IMG/VR virus record: IMGVR_UViG_2627853983_000001
Origin: a virus
Lineage: Duplodnaviria > Heunggongvirae > Uroviricota > Caudoviricetes
Length of the DNA: 30,082 nt
Strand: one strand, 5' to 3'
The translations under genes were made by a program, and so were the position numbers. Positions 1 through 8,849 of this stretch are shown here, piece by piece. Below the pieces are notes generated by a model, which was given only the letters and a program-made list of their open reading frames with translations, had not been told where the DNA came from and did not search any database. The first letter of the stretch is position 1. Every line of letters begins with the position of its first letter.

Positions 1-202
1 AATCCCTCTAGAATCATCCAGCCACGAATAAACTCACCACGTAAATCAGGCAATTTATTTGTCGGGTAAGCCTTTGCCAGTTCCGGGTATTCTTCAGCAG
101 AAAAAGCTGCTCCGTTGCATTTCAGCCAGCCTGTTGGAGGTGTCTCTGAAGGCCACGGAACAGGTGCACCAACAGGTAATGCTGAACCTTCTCCCAAACC
201 AA
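1..202 (-). repeat. Left inverted-repeat copy: reverse complement of 29880..30082 (single 1-bp indel); 5' end of a silent tail-fibre variable cassette reading out of the window
   Basis: Direct comparison: reverse complement of 1..202 equals the last ~203 nt of the window except one extra G in the right copy. On the minus strand it encodes the same peptide as the end of H (...PSETPPTGWLKCNGAAFSAEEYPELAKAYPTNKLPDLRGEFIRGW...). Confidence 0.85.
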
Positions 203-214
203 CGTTTATGAAAA
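189..214. other. Serine-invertase crossover site (hix/gix/cix-like), left: TTCTCCCAAACC-AA-CGTTTATGAAAA
   Basis: 26-bp imperfect palindrome (12-2-12) resembling recalled Hin-family half-site TTATCAAAAACC. The inverted-repeat homology with the other window end stops exactly at the central dinucleotide 201..202. Lies about 50 bp upstream of the invertase gene. Confidence 0.7.
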
Positions 215-263
215 TGCAGAGATAACGGGCAACTGGCATCATCTCCGGTTTTTATTCAGGGGG

Positions 264-863
264 ATGCTCATGCTTATTGGCTATGTACGCGTGTCAACAA
301 ATGACCAGAACACGGAATTGCAGCGTAACGCGCTGGAGTGTGCAGGATGTGAGCTTATTTTTGAGGATAAAATCAGCGGCACGAAGTCCGACCGACCGGG
401 ACTGAAAAAACTGCTCAGGACATTATCGGAGGGGGATACACTGGTGGTCTGGAAGCTGGACCGGCTGGGGCGTAGTATGCGGCATCTGGTCATTCTGGTT
501 GAGGAACTGCGCGAACGCGGTGTTAATTTTCGCAGTCTGACGGATGCTATTGATACCAGCACGCCGATGGGGCGTTTTTTCTTTCATGTGATGGGTGCCC
601 TGGCTGAAATGGAGCGAGAACTCATTGTCGAGCGGACACGCGCCGGACTGGAAGCGGCCAGAGCCAAAGGTCGTATTGGTGGCAGACGTCCGAAACTCAC
701 CGCGAGTGAGTGGGAGCAGGTCGGACGGTTGCTGGCTGCGGGGGAATCTCGTCAACGTGTGGCGCTGATTTTTGATATTGGCCTGTCCACGCTCTATAAA
801 AAATTTCCCTCATCAGCGACAAAGAATAAATTGTGTCATCCCTTAGCCAACCGGGACAAATAG
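264..863 (+). CDS. Site-specific DNA invertase, Hin/Gin/Cin/Pin family serine recombinase (likely true start at ATG 270)
   Basis: ORF translation MLIGYVRVSTNDQNTELQRNALECAGCELIFEDKISG...GRIGGRRPKL...LSTLYKK is collinear with recalled Gin/Hin sequences (catalytic Ser in YVRVST, C-terminal HTH). GGGGG Shine-Dalgarno about 8 nt before ATG 270. Confidence 0.93.
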   Translation: MLMLIGYVRVSTNDQNTELQRNALECAGCELIFEDKISGTKSDRPGLKKLLRTLSEGDTLVVWKLDRLGRSMRHLVILVEELRERGVNFRSLTDAIDTSTPMGRFFFHVMGALAEMERELIVERTRAGLEAARAKGRIGGRRPKLTASEWEQVGRLLAAGESRQRVALIFDIGLSTLYKKFPSSATKNKLCHPLANRDK

Positions 864-922
864 CCTGACATCTCCGGCACAACTGAAAATACCACTCACC
901 CATTAACCACGGAGTTAAACGG

Positions 923-2113
923 ATGAGTGACTATCATCACGGCGTGCAGGTGCTGGAGATTAACGACGGCACCCGCGTCATTTCCACCGTATCCACTGCC
1001 ATTGTCGGCATGGTCTGCACGGCCAGCGATGCGGATGCGGAAACCTTCCCCCTCAATAAACCTGTGCTGATTACCAATGTGCAGAGCGCAATTGCAAAGG
1101 CCGGTAAAAAAGGCACGCTGGCGGCATCGTTGCAGGCCATCGCTGACCAGTCAAAACCGGTCACCGTTGTCGTGCGCGTGGAAGACGGCACCGGTGATGA
1201 CGAGGAAACGAAACTCGCGCAGACCGTTTCCAATATCATCGGCACCACCGACGAAAACGGTCAGTATACCGGACTAAAAGCCCTGCTGGCGGCGGAGTCG
1301 GTAACCGGTGTTAAACCGCGTATTCTCGGTGTGCCGGGGCTGGATACCAAAGAGGTGGCTGTTGCACTGGCATCCGTCTGTCAGAAGCTGCGCGCTTTCG
1401 GATATATCAGCGCATGGGGCTGTAAGACCATTTCCGAGGTGAAAGCCTACCGCCAGAATTTCAGCCAGCGTGAGCTGATGGTCATCTGGCCGGATTTCCT
1501 CGCATGGGATACGGTCACCAGTACCACCGCCACCGCGTATGCCACCGCCCGTGCGCTGGGGCTGCGTGCCAAAATCGACCAGGAGCAGGGCTGGCATAAA
1601 ACGCTGTCCAACGTCGGGGTGAACGGTGTTACCGGCATCAGCGCATCTGTATTCTGGGATTTGCAGGAGTCCGGCACCGATGCTGACCTGCTTAATGAGT
1701 CAGGCGTCACAACGCTGATTCGCCGCGACGGTTTCCGATTCTGGGGTAACCGTACCTGCTCTGATGACCCGCTGTTCCTCTTTGAAAACTACACCCGCAC
1801 CGCACAGGTGCTGGCCGACACGATGGCTGAGGCGCACATGTGGGCGGTGGACAAGCCCATCACCGCAACGCTGATTCGCGACATCGTTGACGGCATCAAT
1901 GCCAAATTCCGTGAGCTGAAAACAAACGGCTATATCGTGGATGCGACCTGCTGGTTCAGCGAAGAATCCAACGATGCGGAAACCCTCAAGGCCGGAAAAC
2001 TGTATATCGACTACGACTATACCCCGGTGCCTCCTCTTGAAAACCTGACCCTGCGCCAGCGTATTACCGATAAATACCTGGCAAATCTGGTCACCTCGGT
2101 TAACAGCAATTAA
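923..2113 (+). CDS. FI: Contractile tail sheath protein
   Basis: 396-aa ORF, same length and near-identical sequence to recalled P2 FI; GGAG Shine-Dalgarno 8 nt upstream. Confidence 0.93.
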   Translation: MSDYHHGVQVLEINDGTRVISTVSTAIVGMVCTASDADAETFPLNKPVLITNVQSAIAKAGKKGTLAASLQAIADQSKPVTVVVRVEDGTGDDEETKLAQTVSNIIGTTDENGQYTGLKALLAAESVTGVKPRILGVPGLDTKEVAVALASVCQKLRAFGYISAWGCKTISEVKAYRQNFSQRELMVIWPDFLAWDTVTSTTATAYATARALGLRAKIDQEQGWHKTLSNVGVNGVTGISASVFWDLQESGTDADLLNESGVTTLIRRDGFRFWGNRTCSDDPLFLFENYTRTAQVLADTMAEAHMWAVDKPITATLIRDIVDGINAKFRELKTNGYIVDATCWFSEESNDAETLKAGKLYIDYDYTPVPPLENLTLRQRITDKYLANLVTSVNSN

Positions 2114-2125
2114 GGAGCCTGACCG

Positions 2126-2644
2126 ATGGCAATGCCGCGCAAACTCAAGTTAATGAACGTCTTTCTGAACGGCTACAGCTATCAGGGCGTCGCGAAGTCC
2201 GTCACGCTACCAAAACTGACCCGTAAGCTCGAAAACTATCGCGGTGCGGGAATGAACGGCAGCGCACCGGTAGACCTCGGCCTTGATGACGATGCGCTGT
2301 CAATGGAGTGGTCGCTCGGTGGCTTCCCGGATTCGGTTATCTGGGAGCTTTACGCCGCAACCGGTGTGGATGCCGTACCGATTCGTTTTGCAGGCTCTTA
2401 CCAGCGCGACGATACCGGCGAAACGGTGGCCGTCGAGGTGGTCATGCGTGGACGTCAGAAAGAAATCGACACCGGCGAGGGCAAACAGGGAGAAGACACC
2501 GAGTCGAAAATCTCCGTGGTCTGCACCTATTTCCGGCTGACGATGGACGGTAAGGAGCTGGTCGAAATTGACACCATCAACATGATTGAGAAGGTGAACG
2601 GCGTCGACCGGCTGGAGCAACACCGCCGCAATATCGGCCTGTGA
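2126..2644 (+). CDS. FII: Tail tube protein
   Basis: 172-aa ORF immediately after FI, AAGGAG Shine-Dalgarno; matches P2 FII length and position. Confidence 0.92.
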   Translation: MAMPRKLKLMNVFLNGYSYQGVAKSVTLPKLTRKLENYRGAGMNGSAPVDLGLDDDALSMEWSLGGFPDSVIWELYAATGVDAVPIRFAGSYQRDDTGETVAVEVVMRGRQKEIDTGEGKQGEDTESKISVVCTYFRLTMDGKELVEIDTINMIEKVNGVDRLEQHRRNIGL

Positions 2645-2700
2645 TTTTCATCCGGTCAGCCTGGCTGACCGGTTAACCCCGATTCATAAGTGAGAAAACC

Positions 2701-2976
2701 ATGAACAAAGAAAATGTGATTACCCTGGACAATCCGGTCAAGCGTGGTGAGCAGGTCATCGAACAGGTCACGCTGATGAAACCCAGTGCGGGGACGCTGC
2801 GCGGTGTCAGTCTGGCTGCGGTCGCAAACTCCGAAGTCGATGCACTGATTAAAGTGCTGCCGCGCATGACGGCACCGATGCTGACCGAGCAGGAGGTCGC
2901 CGCACTGGAACTGCCTGACCTTGTGGCGCTGGCCGGTAAGGTGGTCGGTTTTTTGTCGCCGAACTCGGTGCAGTGA
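2701..2976 (+). CDS. E: Tail assembly chaperone E (frame-0 product)
   Basis: 91-aa ORF between tube and tape-measure genes, same length as P2 E. Confidence 0.88.
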   Translation: MNKENVITLDNPVKRGEQVIEQVTLMKPSAGTLRGVSLAAVANSEVDALIKVLPRMTAPMLTEQEVAALELPDLVALAGKVVGFLSPNSVQ

Positions 2977-3128
2977 CGTTCCCGAAAAATCTCTCGGTCG
3001 ATGACCTGATGGCGGATGTGGCAGTGATATTTCACTGGCCGCCATCAGAACTGTATCCCATGAGCCTGACCGAACTCATCACATGGCGCGAAAAGGCGCT
3101 CCGGCGAAGCGGAAACACGAATGAGTAA
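2701..3128 (+). CDS. E': Tail assembly chaperone E+E' made by programmed -1 ribosomal frameshift at slippery heptamer T_TTT_TTG (2949..2955)
   Basis: Slippery run GGTTTTTTG near the 3' end of E. The -1 frame stays open to TAA at 3126..3128, giving about 142 aa as in P2 E+E'. The extension overlaps the start of T. Confidence 0.75.
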
Positions 3129-5568
3129 CAATGTAAAATTACAGGTATTGCTCAGGGCTGTTGACCAGGCATCCCGCCCGTTTAAATCCATCCGCACAGC
3201 GAGTAAGTCGCTGTCGGGGGATATCCGGGAAACACAAAAATCACTGCGCGAACTGAACGGTCAGGCATCCCGTATTGAGGGATTCCGCAAGACCAGCGCA
3301 CAGCTCGCCGTGACTGGTCATGCACTTGAAAAGGCACGGCAGGAGGCCGAAGCCCTTGCCACACAGTTTAAAAACACCGAACGTCCGACTCGTGCTCAGG
3401 CGAAAGTGCTGGAATCCGCAAAGCGTGCGGCGGAGGACTTACAGGCGAAATATAACCGCCTGACGGATTCCGTTAAGCGCCAGCAGCGGGAACTGGCCGC
3501 TGTGGGAATTAATACCCGCAATCTTGCACATGATGAGCAGGGGCTGAAAAACCGTATCAGTGAAACCACCGCACAGCTTAACCGTCAGCGCGACGCACTG
3601 GCGCGTGTCAGTGCACAACAGGCAAAACTTAACGCAGTCAAACAGCGTTATCAGGCCGGCAAGGAACTGGCCGGAAATATGGCCTCAGTGGGCGCTGCCG
3701 GTGTGGGGATTGCGGCGGCGGGAACGATGGCCGGAGTTAAGCTGCTGATGCCCGGTTATGAGTTTGCGCAGAAAAACTCAGAATTACAGGCTGTGCTCGG
3801 AGTGGCAAAAGACTCCGCCGAAATGGCCGCGCTCCGCAAACAGGCGCGCCAGCTCGGCGACAACACCGCCGCCTCGGCGGATGATGCGGCCGGTGCACAG
3901 ATAATCATCGCGAAAGCGGGTGGGGATGTTGATGCCATTCAGGCGGCAACGCCGGTCACGCTGAATATGGCGCTGGCGAACCGCCGCACGATGGAAGAAA
4001 ACGCCGCCCTGCTGATGGGGATGAAATCCGCCTTTCAGCTTTCAAACGATAAGGTCGCTCATATCGGGGATGTTCTCTCCATGACGATGAACAAAACCGC
4101 CGCCGATTTTGACGGTATGAGCGATGCGCTGACCTATGCCGCACCTGTGGCAAAAAATGCCGGTGTCAGCATTGAAGAAACCGCCGCAATGGTCGGGGCG
4201 CTGCATGATGCAAAAATCACAGGCTCAATGGCGGGGACGGGAAGCCGTGCCGTGTTAAGCCGCCTGCAGGCACCGACGGGAAAAGCATGGGATGCACTCA
4301 AAGAGCTTGGAGTGAAAACCTCAGACAGCAAGGGAAACACCCGGCCAATATTTACCATTCTGAAAGAAATGCAGGCCAGTTTTGAGAAAAACCGGCTCGG
4401 TACTGCCCAGCAGGCTGAATACATGAAAACTATTTTCGGGGAGGAGGCCAGCTCAGCCGCCGCCGTGCTGATGACTGCCGCCTCAACCGGAAAGCTGGAC
4501 AAACTGACCGCTGCGTTTAAAGCCTCAGACGGGAAGACCGCCGAGCTGGTAAATATCATGCAGGACAACCTAGGCGGTGACTTTAAAGAGTTTCAGTCCG
4601 CTTATGAGGCGGTGGGGACTGACCTGTTTGACCAGCAGGAAGGCGCACTGCGTAAGCTCACGCAGACGGCCACAAAGTATGTGTTAAAACTCGACGGCTG
4701 GATCCAGAAAAACAAATCACTGGCGTCAACCATCGGACTTATTGTCGGTGGTGCACTGGCACTGATTGGTGTCATCGGTGCCATTGGCCTCGTAGCCTGG
4801 CCGGTTATCACCGGCATCAATGCCATCATCGCGGCAGCAGGCGCAATGGGGGCAATCTTCACGACGGTTGGCAGTGCTGTTATGACCGCCATCGGAGCGA
4901 TTAGCTGGCCGGTTGTGGCCGTGGTGGCCGCCATTGTCGCCGGGGCGTTGCTTATCCGTAAATACTGGGAGCCTGTCAGCGCATTCTTTGGCGGTGTGGT
5001 GGAAGGGCTGAAAGCGGCATTTGCGCCGGTGGGGGAACTGTTCACGCCACTTAAGCCGGTGTTTGACTGGCTGGGTGAAAAGTTACAGGCCGCGTGGCAG
5101 TGGTTTAAAAACCTGATTGCCCCGGTCAAAGCCACTCAGGACACCCTGAACAGTTGCCGTGACACGGGGGTCATGTTCGGGCAGGCACTGGCTGACGCGC
5201 TGATGCTGCCGCTTAATGCGTTCAACAAACTGCGCAGCGGTATTGACTGGGTACTGGAAAAACTCGGTGTTATCAACAAAGAGTCAGACACACTTGACCA
5301 GACCGCCGCCAGAACTCAAGCCGCCACGTATGGCAGCGGTAGTTATATTCCGGCGACCAGCTCTTATGCAGGCTATCAGGCTTATCAGCCGGTCACGGCA
5401 CCGGCTGGCCGCTCTTATGTAGACCAGAGTAAAAACGAATATCACATCAGCCTGACGGGTGGTACTGCGCCGGGGACACAGCTTGACCGCCAGTTACAGG
5501 ATGCGCTCGAAAAATACGAGCGGGATAAACGTGCGCGCGCCCGTGCCAGCATGATGCATGACGGTTAA
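3121..5568 (+). CDS. T: Tail tape measure protein
   Basis: 815-aa ORF, coiled-coil N-terminus and Gly/Ala-rich hydrophobic segment; same length and position as P2 T. Confidence 0.92.
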   Translation: MSNNVKLQVLLRAVDQASRPFKSIRTASKSLSGDIRETQKSLRELNGQASRIEGFRKTSAQLAVTGHALEKARQEAEALATQFKNTERPTRAQAKVLESAKRAAEDLQAKYNRLTDSVKRQQRELAAVGINTRNLAHDEQGLKNRISETTAQLNRQRDALARVSAQQAKLNAVKQRYQAGKELAGNMASVGAAGVGIAAAGTMAGVKLLMPGYEFAQKNSELQAVLGVAKDSAEMAALRKQARQLGDNTAASADDAAGAQIIIAKAGGDVDAIQAATPVTLNMALANRRTMEENAALLMGMKSAFQLSNDKVAHIGDVLSMTMNKTAADFDGMSDALTYAAPVAKNAGVSIEETAAMVGALHDAKITGSMAGTGSRAVLSRLQAPTGKAWDALKELGVKTSDSKGNTRPIFTILKEMQASFEKNRLGTAQQAEYMKTIFGEEASSAAAVLMTAASTGKLDKLTAAFKASDGKTAELVNIMQDNLGGDFKEFQSAYEAVGTDLFDQQEGALRKLTQTATKYVLKLDGWIQKNKSLASTIGLIVGGALALIGVIGAIGLVAWPVITGINAIIAAAGAMGAIFTTVGSAVMTAIGAISWPVVAVVAAIVAGALLIRKYWEPVSAFFGGVVEGLKAAFAPVGELFTPLKPVFDWLGEKLQAAWQWFKNLIAPVKATQDTLNSCRDTGVMFGQALADALMLPLNAFNKLRSGIDWVLEKLGVINKESDTLDQTAARTQAATYGSGSYIPATSSYAGYQAYQPVTAPAGRSYVDQSKNEYHISLTGGTAPGTQLDRQLQDALEKYERDKRARARASMMHDG

Positions 5569-5582
5569 GGAGGTGACGAAAA

Positions 5583-6062
5583 ATGATGCTCGCGTTAGGT
5601 ATGTTTGTTTTTATGCGCCAGACGCTGCCACACCAGACCATGCAGCGTGAATCAGATTATCGCTGGCCGTCAAATTCCCGTATCGGTAAACGGGATGCCT
5701 TTCAGTTTCTCGGTGTTGGCGAGGAAAACATCACGCTTGCCGGTGTGCTTTATCCCGAACTGACCGGCGGCAAGCTGACGATGACCACGCTCAGACTGAT
5801 GGCAGAGGAAGGCCGGGCGTGGCCGTTGCTGGATGGCACCGGCATGATTTACGGCATGTATGTCATCAGCAGGGTGAGTGAAACAGGGAGTATTTTCTTT
5901 GCAGACGGCACACCACGGAAAATTGATTTTACGCTGTCGCTCACCCGCGTTGATGAGTCACTGGCCGCGCTTTATGGCGATATCGGTAAACAGGCAGAAT
6001 CGCTCATCGGTAAGGCTGGCAGTATGGCGACTAAATTCACGGGTATGACGGGGGCGGGATAA
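5583..6062 (+). CDS. U: Tail protein U
   Basis: 159-aa ORF, AAGGAGG Shine-Dalgarno upstream; P2 U length and position. Confidence 0.9.
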   Translation: MMLALGMFVFMRQTLPHQTMQRESDYRWPSNSRIGKRDAFQFLGVGEENITLAGVLYPELTGGKLTMTTLRLMAEEGRAWPLLDGTGMIYGMYVISRVSETGSIFFADGTPRKIDFTLSLTRVDESLAALYGDIGKQAESLIGKAGSMATKFTGMTGAG

Positions 6063-7225
6063 TGCTGGATGCGCTGACATTTGATGCAGGCAGTACGCTG
6101 ACACCGGATTACATGCTGATGCTCGACAGCAGGGATATTACCGGTAATATCAGTGACCGTCTGATGAGCATGACCCTGACGGATAACCGGGGCTTTGAGG
6201 CTGACCAGCTTGATATTGAGCTGAACGATGCCGACGGGCAGGTCGGGCTGCCGGTTCGTGGCGCTGTCCTGACGGTGTATATCGGCTGGAAAGGTTTTGC
6301 CCTGGTATGCAAAGGGAAATTCACCGTTGATGAGGTTGAACACCGGGGTGCGCCGGATGTGGTTACCATCCGCGCCCGGAGTGCAGATTTCCGCGGGACG
6401 CTCAATTCCCGCCGTGAAGGCTCCTGGCATGACACCACGCTCGGTGCGATTGTTGAGGCGATAGCCTCCCGTAACAGGCTGGAAGCCAGTGTTGCTCCGT
6501 CACTGGCCGGAATAAAAATTCCACACATCGACCAGTCGCAGGAGTCCGATGCGAAATTCCTGACCCGCCTTGCTGAACGCAACGGCGGTGAGGTGTCGGT
6601 AAAAATGGGAAAACTGTTGTTTCTCAAAGCGGGGCAGGGGGTGACGGCCAGCGGTAAAAAAATCCCGCAGATTACCATCACCCGCAGCGACGGCGACCGT
6701 CATCATTTTGCGATTGCTGATCGTGGAGCCTACACCGGCGTAACTGCAAAGTGGTTACACACCAAAGACCCGAAGCCGCAAAAGCAGAAGGTAAAACTGA
6801 AACGCAAAAAGAAAGAGAAACACCTGCGCGCACTGGAGCACCCGAAAGCGAAACTGGTCACGCAGAAGAAAGCGCCAAAAGTACCGGAAGCGCGCGAAGG
6901 TGAATACATGGCCGGTGAGGCTGATAACGTTTTTGCCCTGACCACGGTATATGCCACGAAAGCGCAGGCCATGCGCGCCGCTCAGGCGAAGTGGGACAAA
7001 CTGCAACGGGGCGTCGCGGAGTTTTCCATCAGCCTGGCTACCGGTCGGGCAGATATTTACACGGAAACACCGGTTAAAGTGTCAGGCTTTAAGCGCGTCA
7101 TAGACGAGCAGGACTGGACAATCACTAAGGTGACACATTTTCTGAATAATAGCGGCTTCACGACGTCCCTGGAGCTTGAGGTCAGGCTTTCTGATGTGGA
7201 GTACGAAACAGAAGATGATGAATGA
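6062..7225 (+). CDS. D: Tail protein D (late tail assembly, Lys-rich central tract)
   Basis: 387-aa ORF overlapping the U stop; P2 D length and position. Confidence 0.9.
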   Translation: MLDALTFDAGSTLTPDYMLMLDSRDITGNISDRLMSMTLTDNRGFEADQLDIELNDADGQVGLPVRGAVLTVYIGWKGFALVCKGKFTVDEVEHRGAPDVVTIRARSADFRGTLNSRREGSWHDTTLGAIVEAIASRNRLEASVAPSLAGIKIPHIDQSQESDAKFLTRLAERNGGEVSVKMGKLLFLKAGQGVTASGKKIPQITITRSDGDRHHFAIADRGAYTGVTAKWLHTKDPKPQKQKVKLKRKKKEKHLRALEHPKAKLVTQKKAPKVPEAREGEYMAGEADNVFALTTVYATKAQAMRAAQAKWDKLQRGVAEFSISLATGRADIYTETPVKVSGFKRVIDEQDWTITKVTHFLNNSGFTTSLELEVRLSDVEYETEDDE

Positions 7226-7306
7226 TGTGTTTTATTTATCTGTTTGTTTTATAAGGATAAATTAACTAAAATGGCACCATCAACAAAACCGGAAGAGGTG
7301 CTCGCG

Positions 7307-7525
7307 ATGTTTCATTGTCCTTTATGCCAGCATGCCGCACATGCGCGTACAAGCCGCTATATCACTGACACGACAAAAGAGCGTTATCACCAGTGTCAGA
7401 ACGTGAATTGCAGCGCCACGTTCATCACTTATGAGTCGGTACAGCGATACATCGTGAAGCCGGGAGAAGTCCACGCCGTAAGGCCGCACCCGTTGCCGTC
7501 AGGGCAGCAAATTATGTGGATGTGA
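7307..7525 (+). CDS. ogr: Late-gene transcription activator Ogr (Cys4 zinc finger)
   Basis: 72-aa product MFHCPLCQHAAHARTSRYITDTTKERYHQCQNVNCSATF... with CxxC-N22-CxxxxC. The tracked ORF from 7244 is an upstream extension; the internal ATG gives the P2 Ogr length. Confidence 0.9.
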   Translation: MFHCPLCQHAAHARTSRYITDTTKERYHQCQNVNCSATFITYESVQRYIVKPGEVHAVRPHPLPSGQQIMWM

Positions 7526-7535
7526 TCACAAAAAT

Positions 7536-7563
7536 AGCCCCTCAGTTGAGGGGCTTTATTTAT
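7536..7563 (+). terminator. Rho-independent terminator after ogr
   Basis: Stem AGCCCCTC / GAGGGGCT with AGTT loop followed by TTATTTAT. Confidence 0.7.
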
Positions 7564-7799
7564 GGTCGATGTGGACGCTATGTGGACAGTGCTTGATATA
7601 AATCCATTTATATCATCAGGTTAGGTGCTTTTTTGTGACACCATCCCTGTCTTCCCCCACATGATGTGGGGGTTTTTTTTATCAATTACTTACATGCAAT
7701 CAAAAGTAAAAACAGGTACTTATCGAAAGCTGTAAGGGTTTGGAGCGGTTTCAAAATTTCTTGAGTGTGGACACTATGTGGACACTCAGAGGGGGAAAT
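7564..7799. other. attP: attP region with integrase arm-type sites
   Basis: Direct repeats TGTGGAC(G)C-TATGTGGACA at 7570..7588 and TGTGGACAC-TATGTGGACAC at 7766..7785 match the recalled P2 Int arm-site motif TGTGGACA. A terminator-like hairpin CCCCCAC-ATGAT-GTGGGGG plus T8 at 7654..7680 may be the core. Region lies between ogr and int as in P2. Confidence 0.7.
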
Positions 7800-8780
7800 T
7801 TATAACGTCACTCCGCCTTTTAGTGGATTCAGAGCGACGGCATTTTGCAGATAGTCAGGCGCAAGGTGCGCATAGGCCATCGTCTGCTGAATGCTCGCAT
7901 GTCCCAGAATCTGTTGCAGTGCGATTATATTGCCCCCATTCATCATGAAATGGCTTGCGAATGTATGCCGCAGGATGTGGGTTGCCTGATTGGGTGGTAT
8001 ATCAGGTTTCACTCTGCGTAAAATCCCGCAAAATTTCTCATAATCAACTTTGAATAATTTGGCGCTGGCCTCCTCTTTAACTTTTTTCTCCAGTTCCTCA
8101 GAAATCGGCACGGTTCGCTTTTTACCGTTTTTGGTTTTCAGGAAGGTAACCCTGCAATTTGTAATCTGTGCTGGTTTTAGCGTGGCAACTTCCGTCCATC
8201 TTCCTCCGGTGCTCAGACATAAAAGCGCGACAAGTAAGTCATCACCAGCCAAAACATTTAACAGTTTTTCGATTTCTGCTTTTTCCAGGAACGTCATTTC
8301 AGGGTTGGCCTCCGCCAGTGGCGGCAGTCCGTGAATTGGGTGTTGCCCGGAAAATTCATCCAATTGAATTAATTTTGTGAACATGCCGGATAATCGGTAC
8401 ATGTCACGGTTTATCGTTGCGGCACTGATACCATCACGTAGTCGCATGGAACGATAATCCATCAAAGCCCTTTTGCTCATCCTGCTCACTGGTATATCAC
8501 CTATGCCGCTGATGGTTTTGAGTAGATGATTAAACTCTTTTGTTCCATGCTCGTGGTTTTGCCCGTGATATTTCCACCAGATGTCCAGCAACTCACTCAA
8601 AGTCCGGCGGTCTGCTCGCTGGCCTCCCCATTCTTTCTGACTGGCATTGGCGATTGTGTATCGCTCAAATGCTAGTGCTTCAGCTTTTCTTTCGAATTTC
8701 CTGCGGATGCGTTTTCCGTCGCGACCGCGAGGTCTAATGTCCACTTCATAGCGACCATCATCGAGCTTCTTAATTGCCAT
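7800..8780 (-). CDS. int: Tyrosine integrase
   Basis: Start chosen at MAIKKLDDGRYEVDIRP... with GGAGG Shine-Dalgarno 8 nt upstream (tracked ORF begins 10 codons earlier). C-terminal HxLRHT...Y catalytic region; collinear with recalled P2 Int. Confidence 0.9.
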   Translation of the reverse strand: MAIKKLDDGRYEVDIRPRGRDGKRIRRKFERKAEALAFERYTIANASQKEWGGQRADRRTLSELLDIWWKYHGQNHEHGTKEFNHLLKTISGIGDIPVSRMSKRALMDYRSMRLRDGISAATINRDMYRLSGMFTKLIQLDEFSGQHPIHGLPPLAEANPEMTFLEKAEIEKLLNVLAGDDLLVALLCLSTGGRWTEVATLKPAQITNCRVTFLKTKNGKKRTVPISEELEKKVKEEASAKLFKVDYEKFCGILRRVKPDIPPNQATHILRHTFASHFMMNGGNIIALQQILGHASIQQTMAYAHLAPDYLQNAVALNPLKGGVTL

Positions 8781-8849
8781 AAGAAAGCCCTCCGGCGCTG
8801 TATTCACCATCTTGGTAGCAAATGGTGAAAATGTAATCTTTATATAGAG

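Noticed and set aside
3182-5135. Several minus-strand ORFs inside the tape-measure gene T (e.g. 4134..4568, 4602..5135)
   Set aside because: Antisense shadow ORFs within a strongly supported P2-type gene; no Shine-Dalgarno sequences; GC-rich repetitive coding sequence gives long open antisense frames by chance.
7244-7306. Longer N-terminal extensions offered by the ORF track for ogr, int (to 8810), A (from 11256), P (to 20150), O (from 20228), L (from 23067) and X (from 23567)
   Set aside because: Internal ATGs with Shine-Dalgarno sequences reproduce the P2 protein lengths (72, 590, 284, 169, 67 aa and so on); the extensions run into upstream genes or lack ribosome-binding sites.
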